Shown: one piece after another, positions 55,167 through 63,130 of the stretch | Position numbering within the stretch: position 1 is the first letter of the stretch | Layout of the letters: every line of letters starts with the position of its first letter | Assembly (NCBI GenBank): GCA_964599895.1 | Contig: CAZRHT010000001.1 | Coordinates: 33,727-97,726, forward strand | Direction: 5' to 3' | Origin: an uncultured Holophagae bacterium | GTDB taxonomy: Bacteria; Acidobacteriota; Holophagae; Thermotomaculales; Thermotomaculaceae | Length of the DNA: 64,000 nt | The notes under the pieces: model-generated | Databases searched by the model: none | Told to the model about the DNA's origin: nothing | Seen by the model: the letters and a program-made list of their open reading frames with translations, nothing else | Translations under genes and position numbers: made by a program

Positions 55167-56253
55167 CGAATGTAATTATACTCTTAGTAATCAATTCTGC
55201 AAAAATCATTTTGGCCCGTTCTTCTGGAATGGGAGAAATTTTGATAATGGAATTGATATCCCATTTCCCATTGATCCTGGATACAAGGAAACCTTCTTCC
55301 GGGGAAAGGTTCTGTGTTGCAAGGTCGTTCAGGGAACAAGCAAGCTGAGGGACCCCGTCACCTTGCCGAATCACCTGTTCCGCTTTCTCTATCAACTGAT
55401 CCAGCTGTACCCGGATTGGTTCGGAACTGGGATATTTTATAAGGAAAGATTCTGCCATAAGGTAGGATTCAATGAATCCGGATTCTGCAAGAGCCTCAAC
55501 TTTCGGGGCGACTTCTTCGGCGATATCATGCTGAAATGCCTGTCTTGGCTTTTTCATACGAATCAGTCCGTTTTCATAACACTCAAACAGGTTTTTGAAG
55601 ACAATAAATCGTGAAGTTCGGAATTCCATCGTGATATCATCAATGGTTTTCTTCCCATCCAGTGCCCGGAGCAGTTTTGTGAGGTTGGACGAGAGGGGAA
55701 GCGCATTGACAACGCGGTTGACGTCCGGAATTGGAATGTATTCACCATTTGGGATCATCTTCCGTATCCTTGCCCACTCGTCTACCCGGCGGACCCCCTC
55801 AAGGATTATAGTAGTGACATCAAGATTTATATCAATAAACTCCTTGCCCAGACTATCTTCATCCACGAATTCAAATTCACCGGATTCCCAGAGGAACATA
55901 TCGAACAGAGACTCCTGGGCCTTAATTTCCAGGAACATTCGGATTTCAGAAAGATTAAGGATGCCTTCATCTACCAGGATTTTGCCCAGCATCAGCTCAT
56001 TTTTTTGCTGAGTTTCCAGGAGCTCTTTCAAACCTTCTTCGGTAATTTTTCCATAACTGATCAGGAATTGTCCCAGATATTCCCGTGGATTGGTTGAAGA
56101 CGTGGCTACAATTTGCCCGCCTTTGAAAAAAATCTGTTTCTTGAAGCGGTCACCGGTCAGATGGAGTGCGCCAGTCTTATGCCCGTGGTGTATCCACTGC
56201 AATACATCAGCTATGGCCATCAGGTTGATTGTGCCTTTCAGCTCTGATTGCAT
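55159..56253 (-). CDS. DUF4388 (PATAN-like) domain protein
   Basis: 364 aa. The N-terminal LKGTINLMAIADVLQWIHHGHKTGALHLTG...IFFKGGQIV matches my recollection of the DUF4388/PATAN signature. The ATG shares 1 nt with the glmU stop (TAATG). Confidence 0.6.
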   Translation of the reverse strand: MQSELKGTINLMAIADVLQWIHHGHKTGALHLTGDRFKKQIFFKGGQIVATSSTNPREYLGQFLISYGKITEEGLKELLETQQKNELMLGKILVDEGILNLSEIRMFLEIKAQESLFDMFLWESGEFEFVDEDSLGKEFIDINLDVTTIILEGVRRVDEWARIRKMIPNGEYIPIPDVNRVVNALPLSSNLTKLLRALDGKKTIDDITMEFRTSRFIVFKNLFECYENGLIRMKKPRQAFQHDIAEEVAPKVEALAESGFIESYLMAESFLIKYPSSEPIRVQLDQLIEKAEQVIRQGDGVPQLACSLNDLATQNLSPEEGFLVSRINGKWDINSIIKISPIPEERAKMIFAELITKSIITFDE

Positions 56254-57635
56254 TATTTCCCCTTCCTATTTTTCTTCTTTTTTGGCCAGTCCGCAATTAC
56301 TGTCTGCCGTGCCCGGGAAATAGCCAGTGAGCAAGAGGGTACGTCTTTTGTGATGGTGGAACCGGCACCGATGGTTGCGTCATCACCTATGGAAATGGGC
56401 GCGACCAACTGGCTGTCGGAGCCAACAAATACACGTTTTCCGATATCTGTATGATGTTTCTTTTCGCCATCATAATTACAGGTAATGGTTCCGGCTCCTA
56501 TATTGGTTTCTTCTCCGATTTCAGTATCTCCGAGGTAACTCAAGTGAGACGCTTTGACACCTGGATGAAGAAGTGCCTTTTTGGTTTCTACGAAATTTCC
56601 GACCTTGACGTCCGATTCCAGGACAGTTCCCGATCTCAAGTGAGCCATGGGCCCGACAGTGCAGTTGGCTCCGATGATGGATTCCGTTATAACAGAATAG
56701 GGTTTGATTTCACAATTTTCTCCAATTGTGGAATCTCTGAGAATGGTACCAGGGTGTACGGTGCAACCGGATTTTATGGTTGTTTTGCCGAATATATGAG
56801 CGGGGCCAAATATGGTGGTGTCTGGTTCAATATCAACCGTATCCTCAATCCGAACGCTTTCGGGATTCAGGATGGTGACGCCGGATTGCATCAGGTCCCG
56901 TTTTTTTCGAATCAGTGCGGTTGTGTCTGCCATGGCCATTTGCTGCCGATTGTTCACCCCCAGGAAGTCATCGGGATCATCGGCTGAAAAGACTCTGACA
57001 CTAAATCCCTTGCCGGCCAGCATGCCAGGAAGGTCGGTTAGATAATATTCATTCTGAGAGTTCTTGTTTTCAATAGCATGAAGAAATTCTACAAGATGCC
57101 TGGCCCGGAATAAATAGACACCGCCATTTACGAGGGGGATCCTTTTTTGATCAATTGACGCATCTTTTTCCTCTACAATTGAAGAAAAGCTATTATCGAT
57201 TGTCACAATTCGTCCATAGCCTGAAGGATTTTCCGGTGTAAAAGCGAGTATGGCACAGTCCACCTCTTCTCTCATGCTCCGCTCCAGAAATACCGAAAGG
57301 GGATCAGTTCGAAGAAGAGGAAGGTCGCCCGGAAGAATCAAGACGTAGCCGTTGAAATCCTTGTAAAAAGGAAGGGCACATTCGACAGCGTGGCTGGTTC
57401 CAAGGCGTTTGTCCTGATGAAAAATGGATGCGTCAGGGTAAAAGGAACGGAGCCTGGCAGCAGATTGTTCAAAATTCTTTCCCAGAACCACTGCGGCATT
57501 GTCCACAAGGGGAGTAATTGCCTGAACAACCCGAAATAGAATGGGTAGACCTGCCACTTCATGGAAAACCTTGGGTAGCCGGGATCGCATCCGAGTTCCT
57601 TCGCCCGCGGCAAGAATCAATGCTCTGGTTTTCAT
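56253..57635 (-). CDS. glmU: Bifunctional UDP-GlcNAc pyrophosphorylase / GlcN-1-P N-acetyltransferase GlmU
   Basis: 460 aa. LAAGEGTRM nucleotidyltransferase motif. The C-terminal left-handed beta-helix has hexapeptide repeats. Confidence 0.9.
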   Translation of the reverse strand: MKTRALILAAGEGTRMRSRLPKVFHEVAGLPILFRVVQAITPLVDNAAVVLGKNFEQSAARLRSFYPDASIFHQDKRLGTSHAVECALPFYKDFNGYVLILPGDLPLLRTDPLSVFLERSMREEVDCAILAFTPENPSGYGRIVTIDNSFSSIVEEKDASIDQKRIPLVNGGVYLFRARHLVEFLHAIENKNSQNEYYLTDLPGMLAGKGFSVRVFSADDPDDFLGVNNRQQMAMADTTALIRKKRDLMQSGVTILNPESVRIEDTVDIEPDTTIFGPAHIFGKTTIKSGCTVHPGTILRDSTIGENCEIKPYSVITESIIGANCTVGPMAHLRSGTVLESDVKVGNFVETKKALLHPGVKASHLSYLGDTEIGEETNIGAGTITCNYDGEKKHHTDIGKRVFVGSDSQLVAPISIGDDATIGAGSTITKDVPSCSLAISRARQTVIADWPKKKKNRKGK

Positions 57636-57644
57636 GGAAGACCT

Positions 57645-58088
57645 CTACTGTGTCGTCAGATTTTCTTGTAATTCAGCAAAAAGCTCATCTCTCTCCGCAT
57701 ACAGCTTATTGGCCGGGTTCTGGGCAATCGCCTTTTCTAAAAAATCTGTTGCTGCCGTCATGTCGCCTAATCCAGCGTGAGCGGACGCAACTAGATAAAG
57801 TATTACATCATCATTCGGGTCCTTTTTCAACAGAGCCTGGAGAAGGGTCAGGGAATCTCCGAAATTGTGTTCATTGATAAGAAAAACAGCCCTGCCAAAG
57901 GGATCAAAAGATTTCAAATTTTCCGGTTCTTTCAATTTACTGTCGCAGTATCGAATATAAATATTGCATTTTTCCCGGAATTGAGAGTTTTCGGCTTTAT
58001 CGGCAAGTTTTTGAAATGCGGAACTTGCTTCATTGTATTTTTCTTTTCCCAGCAAGCCCAATGCTTTCTCGTAGCCCTTTATATTCAT
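57645..58088 (-). CDS. TPR-repeat protein
   Basis: About 147 aa from the ATG at 58088, which has a GGAGG RBS. It contains 3-4 TPR-like 34-aa units. It lies 9 nt upstream of glmU. Confidence 0.6.
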   Translation of the reverse strand: MNIKGYEKALGLLGKEKYNEASSAFQKLADKAENSQFREKCNIYIRYCDSKLKEPENLKSFDPFGRAVFLINEHNFGDSLTLLQALLKKDPNDDVILYLVASAHAGLGDMTAATDFLEKAIAQNPANKLYAERDELFAELQENLTTQ

Positions 58089-58175
58089 AGCACCTCCAGT
58101 CTGTTCGCTGTGAAAATCATACCACAAATGGCCTGAACGTGCCACGGCCCGACCGTTTTGGGGTTCTTGCCCTCT

Positions 58176-59351
58176 TCAAAAGGTGAGAGCCAACTGGAGC
58201 TGAATGGATGTCGCATGAACGACCGCAATATCTCTGTCTTTCAGATGACTTGTTCGGAAACGACTTACTTCAAGTCCTGCGTGGAGGCAATTCGAAAAAT
58301 GGTAAATACTCCCAATTGAAAGACGACGATTTTTTATCAAGGCATGGTCAGGCTCGTCAATTCGAAGGTATTCCACTGACGCTCCATTCAGTGACAAAGT
58401 GCCGACGCCGGCCCATATTTTCCAGTTTGTTTTCTGGAAAAGAAGTTCCATTAATCCCCCTGAAGCGGAGAATGAATGAGCATGGTTGGAGGTGGTGAAG
58501 GTAAAATCGTGGAGAATGTCGATTGAGAAAAACTGTGAACCGGCCTTTGTCCGGAATCCGGAGATAAGACATGAAAAGGAACCTGATAATGGAACATTCA
58601 GCTCGGCCATGACTACGCCGGGATGGAAGTGTTCACCTGAATTGACCCGCATGTCACCCGAATGGACGGCCAGTTTGCCACTCACTCCGGTAAAGTCAAA
58701 GAACAATGCGCCTTCAATCGCTGGGCGCTGGGAGGAAAAAGGTTGACCCGCAGGCGAGCCATTCTGTGCCGGTTCATCTGTCAGAGATATTGCGAGAGTG
58801 AATTGCCTGGAACATTTGTACCCGAACTGAATCTGGTTCTGGTTTGCCTTTGCGCCAGTTTGAATGCCCCCCGAAGAGTAAAACCCATCGTAATTCAATG
58901 TAGTTTCTCCGGTTGCAACAAGACTTTCGGCTTTTCCAACCAGAAGACACCAGTTTTTCTTTTCCAGTCGTATCCAGGCAGTTACAATCTCGAAGCCATT
59001 TTCTCCCATGAAGTCAAAAGACGCTTCAAAGGTCGTTTTCATGCTATGGCTTTCAGCCAGAGATCCGGAAAGGCTGAACCAATTTTCATTTACCGTGGAC
59101 ATGTAACTCTCACCACTGTCGATCGCGTAGTGAGTAAAATCTCCATCACTGTTGTGATTTTGGAACAAATCGAAAATGATTGCCCCGTGTATTGCAGTGC
59201 TTCTCAGTGGAGAAGGGGATTTTGCCTGAGATGGCGTCCATACAAGGCTCGGAAGCAAAAACAGCAACAGGAACCTGATCTGTAAAAATGGCCAATTCGT
59301 GGTTTTTTTGTGACGAACTGTTTCTTTCTGATTGACTTTCATCTTATTCAA
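58176..59351 (-). CDS. Outer-membrane beta-barrel (porin-like) protein
   Basis: 391 aa with a signal peptide (LLLFLLPSLVWTPSQA). The sequence has an alternating amphipathic beta pattern. The C-terminus LQLALTF ends in Phe, the OMP sorting signature. Confidence 0.55.
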   Translation of the reverse strand: MNKMKVNQKETVRHKKTTNWPFLQIRFLLLFLLPSLVWTPSQAKSPSPLRSTAIHGAIIFDLFQNHNSDGDFTHYAIDSGESYMSTVNENWFSLSGSLAESHSMKTTFEASFDFMGENGFEIVTAWIRLEKKNWCLLVGKAESLVATGETTLNYDGFYSSGGIQTGAKANQNQIQFGYKCSRQFTLAISLTDEPAQNGSPAGQPFSSQRPAIEGALFFDFTGVSGKLAVHSGDMRVNSGEHFHPGVVMAELNVPLSGSFSCLISGFRTKAGSQFFSIDILHDFTFTTSNHAHSFSASGGLMELLFQKTNWKIWAGVGTLSLNGASVEYLRIDEPDHALIKNRRLSIGSIYHFSNCLHAGLEVSRFRTSHLKDRDIAVVHATSIQLQLALTF

Positions 59352-59525
59352 CGTATCTCCATAGATTAAAATAGGTGGCCCTAAAGCTAAATAATAAGAA
59401 CCGTCTTGTCAATAGAAATCTCCAGAAAATAGCGGAACAGATAGAAAAATAAGTATAAAAATAACTGAAAAAGTTTCTAAAAACAGAACGTACCGTTGAC
59501 AGTATGACTTCTGTCAATCTTTTTG

Positions 59526-59557
59526 TTGACAAAAGATAGGGCGACCTATATTATAGG
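59526..59557 (+). promoter_or_regulatory. Candidate promoter (TTGACA-N17-TATTAT) overlapped by ATAGG/CCTAT inverted repeats upstream of the dtxR-feoA fusion gene
   Basis: TTGACA at 59526-59531 and TATTAT at 59549-59554. ATAGG-GCGA-CCTAT-ATT-ATAGG spans 59536-59557. A second palindrome, TTGACAG-N8-CTGTCAA, is at 59496-59517. Confidence 0.4.
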
Positions 59558-59578
59558 CAATGTAAAGGAGGGGAGGCA

Positions 59579-60277
59579 ATGTTGACCCACGCGGCAGAAG
59601 ATTATCTCGAGAAGATTTATCTACTCTCTCTGAGACTGGGCAATGTGAGAACTTCAGACATCGCAAAGGAATTCGGTATCCGCACCCCGTCGGTCATTTC
59701 AGCTTTGAAGCTCTTGAAAGAAAAGGGCTTTGTTCATTACCAGAAGTATGGATCGGTGACGCTGTCGGATAAGGGAGTGGAAAGAGCATTGGATGTGTAT
59801 GATCGCCACAAAACAAGTTATCGCTTTCTTCGGTTTGTTCTGGGTGTATCAGACAGTGCCGCTTCAGAAGATGCTTGTGGTATGGAGCATGTTATTTCTT
59901 CTGAGACTGTTTCTGCGATGAAGGATTTGTTTATGTTTCTAAGCTCAAAAAAATATGAAGGAGAGGATTTCCAGCAGGAATTTCAGGAGTTTCGTAAAGC
60001 AATCCCGCTAACGCAAGGAAGAAAACAGCAATACGGTAGCGAAATCAGAACTTCTACCCTGGATAAGGGGGAGAATGGAATTGGCTACAGGGTTATCAAA
60101 CTTAAGGGAGTGCGGGCAGTGAAGCGCCGCCTGCTGGACATGGGTGTGATTACAGGTGAAAGAGTGGAGATTAAGAATCGTGGTCCTTTGGGTTTTCCCC
60201 TTGAAATATTGATCCAGGGATACGTGTTGACTTTGAGAAAAGATGAAGCTGAGGCTGTAATTGTGAAGGAGGATTAG
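59579..60277 (+). CDS. DtxR/MntR-family metal-dependent regulator fused to a C-terminal FeoA (SH3-like) domain
   Basis: 232 aa. The N-terminal winged helix and dimerisation region (EDYLEKIYLL...VTLSDKGVERA) is DtxR-like. The C-terminal ~75 aa (YRVIKLKGVRAVKRRLLDMGVITGERVEI) are FeoA-like. GGAGGGGAGG RBS. Confidence 0.8.
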   Translation: MLTHAAEDYLEKIYLLSLRLGNVRTSDIAKEFGIRTPSVISALKLLKEKGFVHYQKYGSVTLSDKGVERALDVYDRHKTSYRFLRFVLGVSDSAASEDACGMEHVISSETVSAMKDLFMFLSSKKYEGEDFQQEFQEFRKAIPLTQGRKQQYGSEIRTSTLDKGENGIGYRVIKLKGVRAVKRRLLDMGVITGERVEIKNRGPLGFPLEILIQGYVLTLRKDEAEAVIVKED

Positions 60278-60511
60278 ATGGTACCACTGGCTTTTGTGGA
60301 ACCGGGCAGTTTCGTTGAAGTAATTGATTTCAGATGTGGTAGAAATTGTGGCTGCCGCCTCCGTGAAATGGGTATTGTGAAAGGATGCCGGTATTTGGTC
60401 AGCGCTGGTATTAAGGAAGGGCCATTTATCCTGACTGACGGTGATAACCGTATTGGACTGGGTGCTGGTATGGCGGTCAAAGTGATGGTTCGGGATGTCA
60501 CACGTGATTAA
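60278..60511 (+). CDS. feoA: Ferrous iron transport protein FeoA
   Basis: 77 aa. The ATG directly follows the upstream TAG. FeoA-like SH3 pattern: RLREMGIVKGCRYLV. Confidence 0.75.
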   Translation: MVPLAFVEPGSFVEVIDFRCGRNCGCRLREMGIVKGCRYLVSAGIKEGPFILTDGDNRIGLGAGMAVKVMVRDVTRD

Positions 60512-62468
60512 CAAATCTCTTGTGATTGCGGTAGCCGGTAACCCGAACAGCGGCAAGACCTCCTTATTTAACCAATTGACCGGAGCCAATCTGAAGGTGG
60601 GGAACTGGCCTGGTGTGACAGTAGAAAAGAAGAAAGGTGAAGTTATTCGTGGAGACATTCAGTTTATCTTCGTTGACATTCCGGGAACATATGGGATTTC
60701 CGCACGTTCCGAGGATGAACGAATTGCCATGGATTTCCTGACGAAGGAGCGGCCGGATGGGGTCATAGTGGTGCTGGACTCGGCCAATTTCAATCGGAAT
60801 TTTTATCTGTTTACTCTGATTGCGGAAATGGATCTTCCAGTCGTTCCCGTGCTGAATATGAGCGATATGGCAGAAAGGAGGGGCATTATGCTCCACGAGG
60901 ATAGGCTTTCCGCCATTTTTGGAATTCCTTTTGTGAAAACAATTGCATCAAAAGGAAAGGGTGTCTCAGATTTATGGGAAGTCCTGGAGAATATTGGGGA
61001 TTTGAAAAAGCCGTTCCGCCTGCCCATTTATCCTGAAATGGTGGAGTCAGTGATTGAAAGGCTGATGAATCAGTTTTCGAAAGTGGCACCTTCCCGATTC
61101 CAGGCCCTGGGTATCCTGGATGGGGGAATTCTGACACCGGAGAATGAGCACTTACGCAAGACTGTGACAGTGCTGCAGAGTGAACTTGAGGAAAGACTGG
61201 AGGCGGAACTGGACGAGGTCATCGCTGAGAAGCGGTATGAATTTGTATACTCTGTTGCGAAGGAGTGTGTGGAGCGACGGATGAGTACTGAGCAAAAAGT
61301 TGCACTCACTGATCGAATCGACCGTTTTGTAACAAACCGATATCTTGGTGGCCCTTTTTTCCTATTTGCCATGTGGCTTTTGTTTTACCTCGTATTTGCC
61401 GTTGGAAATCCTTTTGCGGACTGGATGGATCGTGGATTTTCAGGTTTGGCTTCTCTCGTGCAGGGTCAGGGGATTTTAACTTCGTTCGTCCGTGAAGGTT
61501 TAATTTCCGGAGTGGGGGCAGTACTGGTATTTGTTCCCAACATCTTCATCCTGTTTTTCTTGATTGCCATCATGGAAGATTCCGGATATCTTTCCCGCGC
61601 AGCATTTGTGGCAGACCGGTTCATGCATGCTTTGGGTCTCCACGGTAAGTCGTTTATTCCAATGCTGCTTGGTTTTGGATGCAATATCCCGGCGGTTATG
61701 GCCGTGAGAACACTGGAAAACGAGAAGGACCGGGTACTAACAGCACTGGCAGTCCCTTACATGTCCTGTTCAGCACGGTTACCGGTGTACTTGTTGTTTG
61801 TGGGTATCTTTTTTACCCGTTATCAATCTTTTGTCGTATTCAGCCTGTACATTCTCGGCATTATTATTGCTGTTGCTGTGGCCAAAGTGCTGCGCAAAGT
61901 GTTTTTTACAAAAGCCGTATCGCCATTGGTAATGGAGTTGCCGGCTTACCATGTGCCTTCCATAAAAACGGCAGCTCGTTCAGCCGGGATTCGAACTGCG
62001 TTCTTCCTTAAAAAGGCCGGTACATTTATCTTCGGTACTGTTTTGATTATATGGGTGCTGGCCAGTCTTCCGATCGGTGCAGAATATGCCTCTGCCGGGA
62101 GCGTAATCGGGAAAATTGGCTCAGCCGTGGCCCCCATCTTTCATCCGGCCGGATTTGATTCCTGGCAGGCTGCAGTTGCCTTGATCTTCGGTTTTCTGGC
62201 GAAAGAAGTGGTCGTGGGAACTTTTGGAGTGTTGTACGGGGGCCAAACCGCTTTGTCTTCTGCCCTTGGTTCTCAGTTTTCTGCCCTGTCTGCCATGAGC
62301 TTCATGGTAATGACGCTTGTCTATATCCCGTGCGTGGCAACAATTGCAGTGATTCGACGTGAAATCGGTACCCAATGGGCCGTTCTCTCTGTGGGCATCA
62401 GTATAACGCTTGGGTATGCGCTGGCGGTTCTGGTTTTCCAGGTGGGACGACTTTTGGGAATGGGTTAA
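60495..62468 (+). CDS. feoB: Ferrous iron transporter FeoB (G-domain + membrane permease)
   Basis: 657 aa. G1 GNPNSGKTSLFN and G3 DIPGTY. Polytopic C-terminal domain. The start overlaps the feoA end by 17 nt. Confidence 0.95.
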   Translation: MSHVINKSLVIAVAGNPNSGKTSLFNQLTGANLKVGNWPGVTVEKKKGEVIRGDIQFIFVDIPGTYGISARSEDERIAMDFLTKERPDGVIVVLDSANFNRNFYLFTLIAEMDLPVVPVLNMSDMAERRGIMLHEDRLSAIFGIPFVKTIASKGKGVSDLWEVLENIGDLKKPFRLPIYPEMVESVIERLMNQFSKVAPSRFQALGILDGGILTPENEHLRKTVTVLQSELEERLEAELDEVIAEKRYEFVYSVAKECVERRMSTEQKVALTDRIDRFVTNRYLGGPFFLFAMWLLFYLVFAVGNPFADWMDRGFSGLASLVQGQGILTSFVREGLISGVGAVLVFVPNIFILFFLIAIMEDSGYLSRAAFVADRFMHALGLHGKSFIPMLLGFGCNIPAVMAVRTLENEKDRVLTALAVPYMSCSARLPVYLLFVGIFFTRYQSFVVFSLYILGIIIAVAVAKVLRKVFFTKAVSPLVMELPAYHVPSIKTAARSAGIRTAFFLKKAGTFIFGTVLIIWVLASLPIGAEYASAGSVIGKIGSAVAPIFHPAGFDSWQAAVALIFGFLAKEVVVGTFGVLYGGQTALSSALGSQFSALSAMSFMVMTLVYIPCVATIAVIRREIGTQWAVLSVGISITLGYALAVLVFQVGRLLGMG

Positions 62469-62549
62469 TTGACAGACAATTAAGAGGAAACCCAGGAATA
62501 AAATCGGTTGACTTAAAAAGTTCGGCTGTGGTATTATACCCTCCGACTT

Positions 62550-62626
62550 CGGGGAGTGGCGCAGTCTGGTAGCGCACCTGCCTTGGGAGCAGGGGGTCGG
62601 AGGTTCGAATCCTCTCTCCCCGACCA
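62550..62626 (+). tRNA. tRNA-Pro (anticodon TGG)
   Basis: CGGGGAGTGGCGCAGTCTGGTAGCGCACCTGCCTTGGGAGCAGGGGGTCGGAGGTTCGAATCCTCTCTCCCCGACCA. 77-nt cloverleaf, anticodon loop CUUGGGA, CCA encoded. Confidence 0.9.
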
Positions 62627-62644
62627 TATGACCCGAAGGCATGG

Positions 62645-62721
<77 letters not shown>

Positions 62722-62739
62722 TTTCCTAATACTCTCTGT

Positions 62740-62816
62740 GGTGGGCGTAGCTCAGTTGGTAGAGCACTGGATTGTGGCTCCAGCGGTCGGGAGTTCAAGC
62801 CTCCTCGCCCACCCCA
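62740..62816 (+). tRNA. tRNA-His (anticodon GTG) with encoded G-1
   Basis: G-GTGGGCGTAGCTCAGTTGGTAGAGCACTGGATTGTGGCTCCAGCGGTCGGGAGTTCAAGCCTCCTCGCCCAC-C-CCA. The extra 5' G pairs with discriminator C73, as in bacterial tRNA-His. Confidence 0.9.
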
Positions 62817-62988
62817 TTTTCTTTTATTCCTGTTTGACAAGAGAATTCCCGAACTTTTTCTCTGGTAGACGTTTTTTTGCGCACTTCAGTGCATGCTCCT
62901 GGTACCGGCGGAAAAGATTAGTGGATAGTGAAGAGAAAAATGGAAGAGTTTGATATTGACCATGAACGGTGCATTGCGCCATAAGAAA

Positions 62989-63086
62989 TGGCGGAAGCGT
63001 GTGGGAATCGAACCCACCGACCTTTACTTCCGCAAAGGCCCACCGGTTTTGAAGACCGGGGGAGACACCAGCCCCCATTCGCTTCC
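62989..63086 (-). tRNA. selC: tRNA-Sec (selenocysteine, anticodon TCA)
   Basis: The reverse complement is GGAAGCGAATGGGGGCTGGTGTCTCCCCCGGTCTTCAAAACCGGTGGGCCTTTGCGGAAGTAAAGGTCGGTGGGTTCGATTCCCACACGCTTCCGCCA (98 nt). It has a 6-bp D stem with a 4-nt loop and anticodon loop CUUCAAA. The variable arm has a 7-bp stem (GGCCTTT/AAAGGTC). GGAAG...CTTCCGCCA termini match E. coli selC. The 8th acceptor pair would be an A-A mismatch. Confidence 0.8.
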
Positions 63087-63130
63087 ACTTCCCACCATCT
63101 TTACAAAGCTGATGGTGGAACCCAATTATA

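Noticed and set aside
60008-60658. A 216-aa minus-strand ORF spanning the dtxR-feoA, feoA and feoB junctions.
   Set aside because: It is antisense to three well-supported, tightly coupled genes and shows no motifs.
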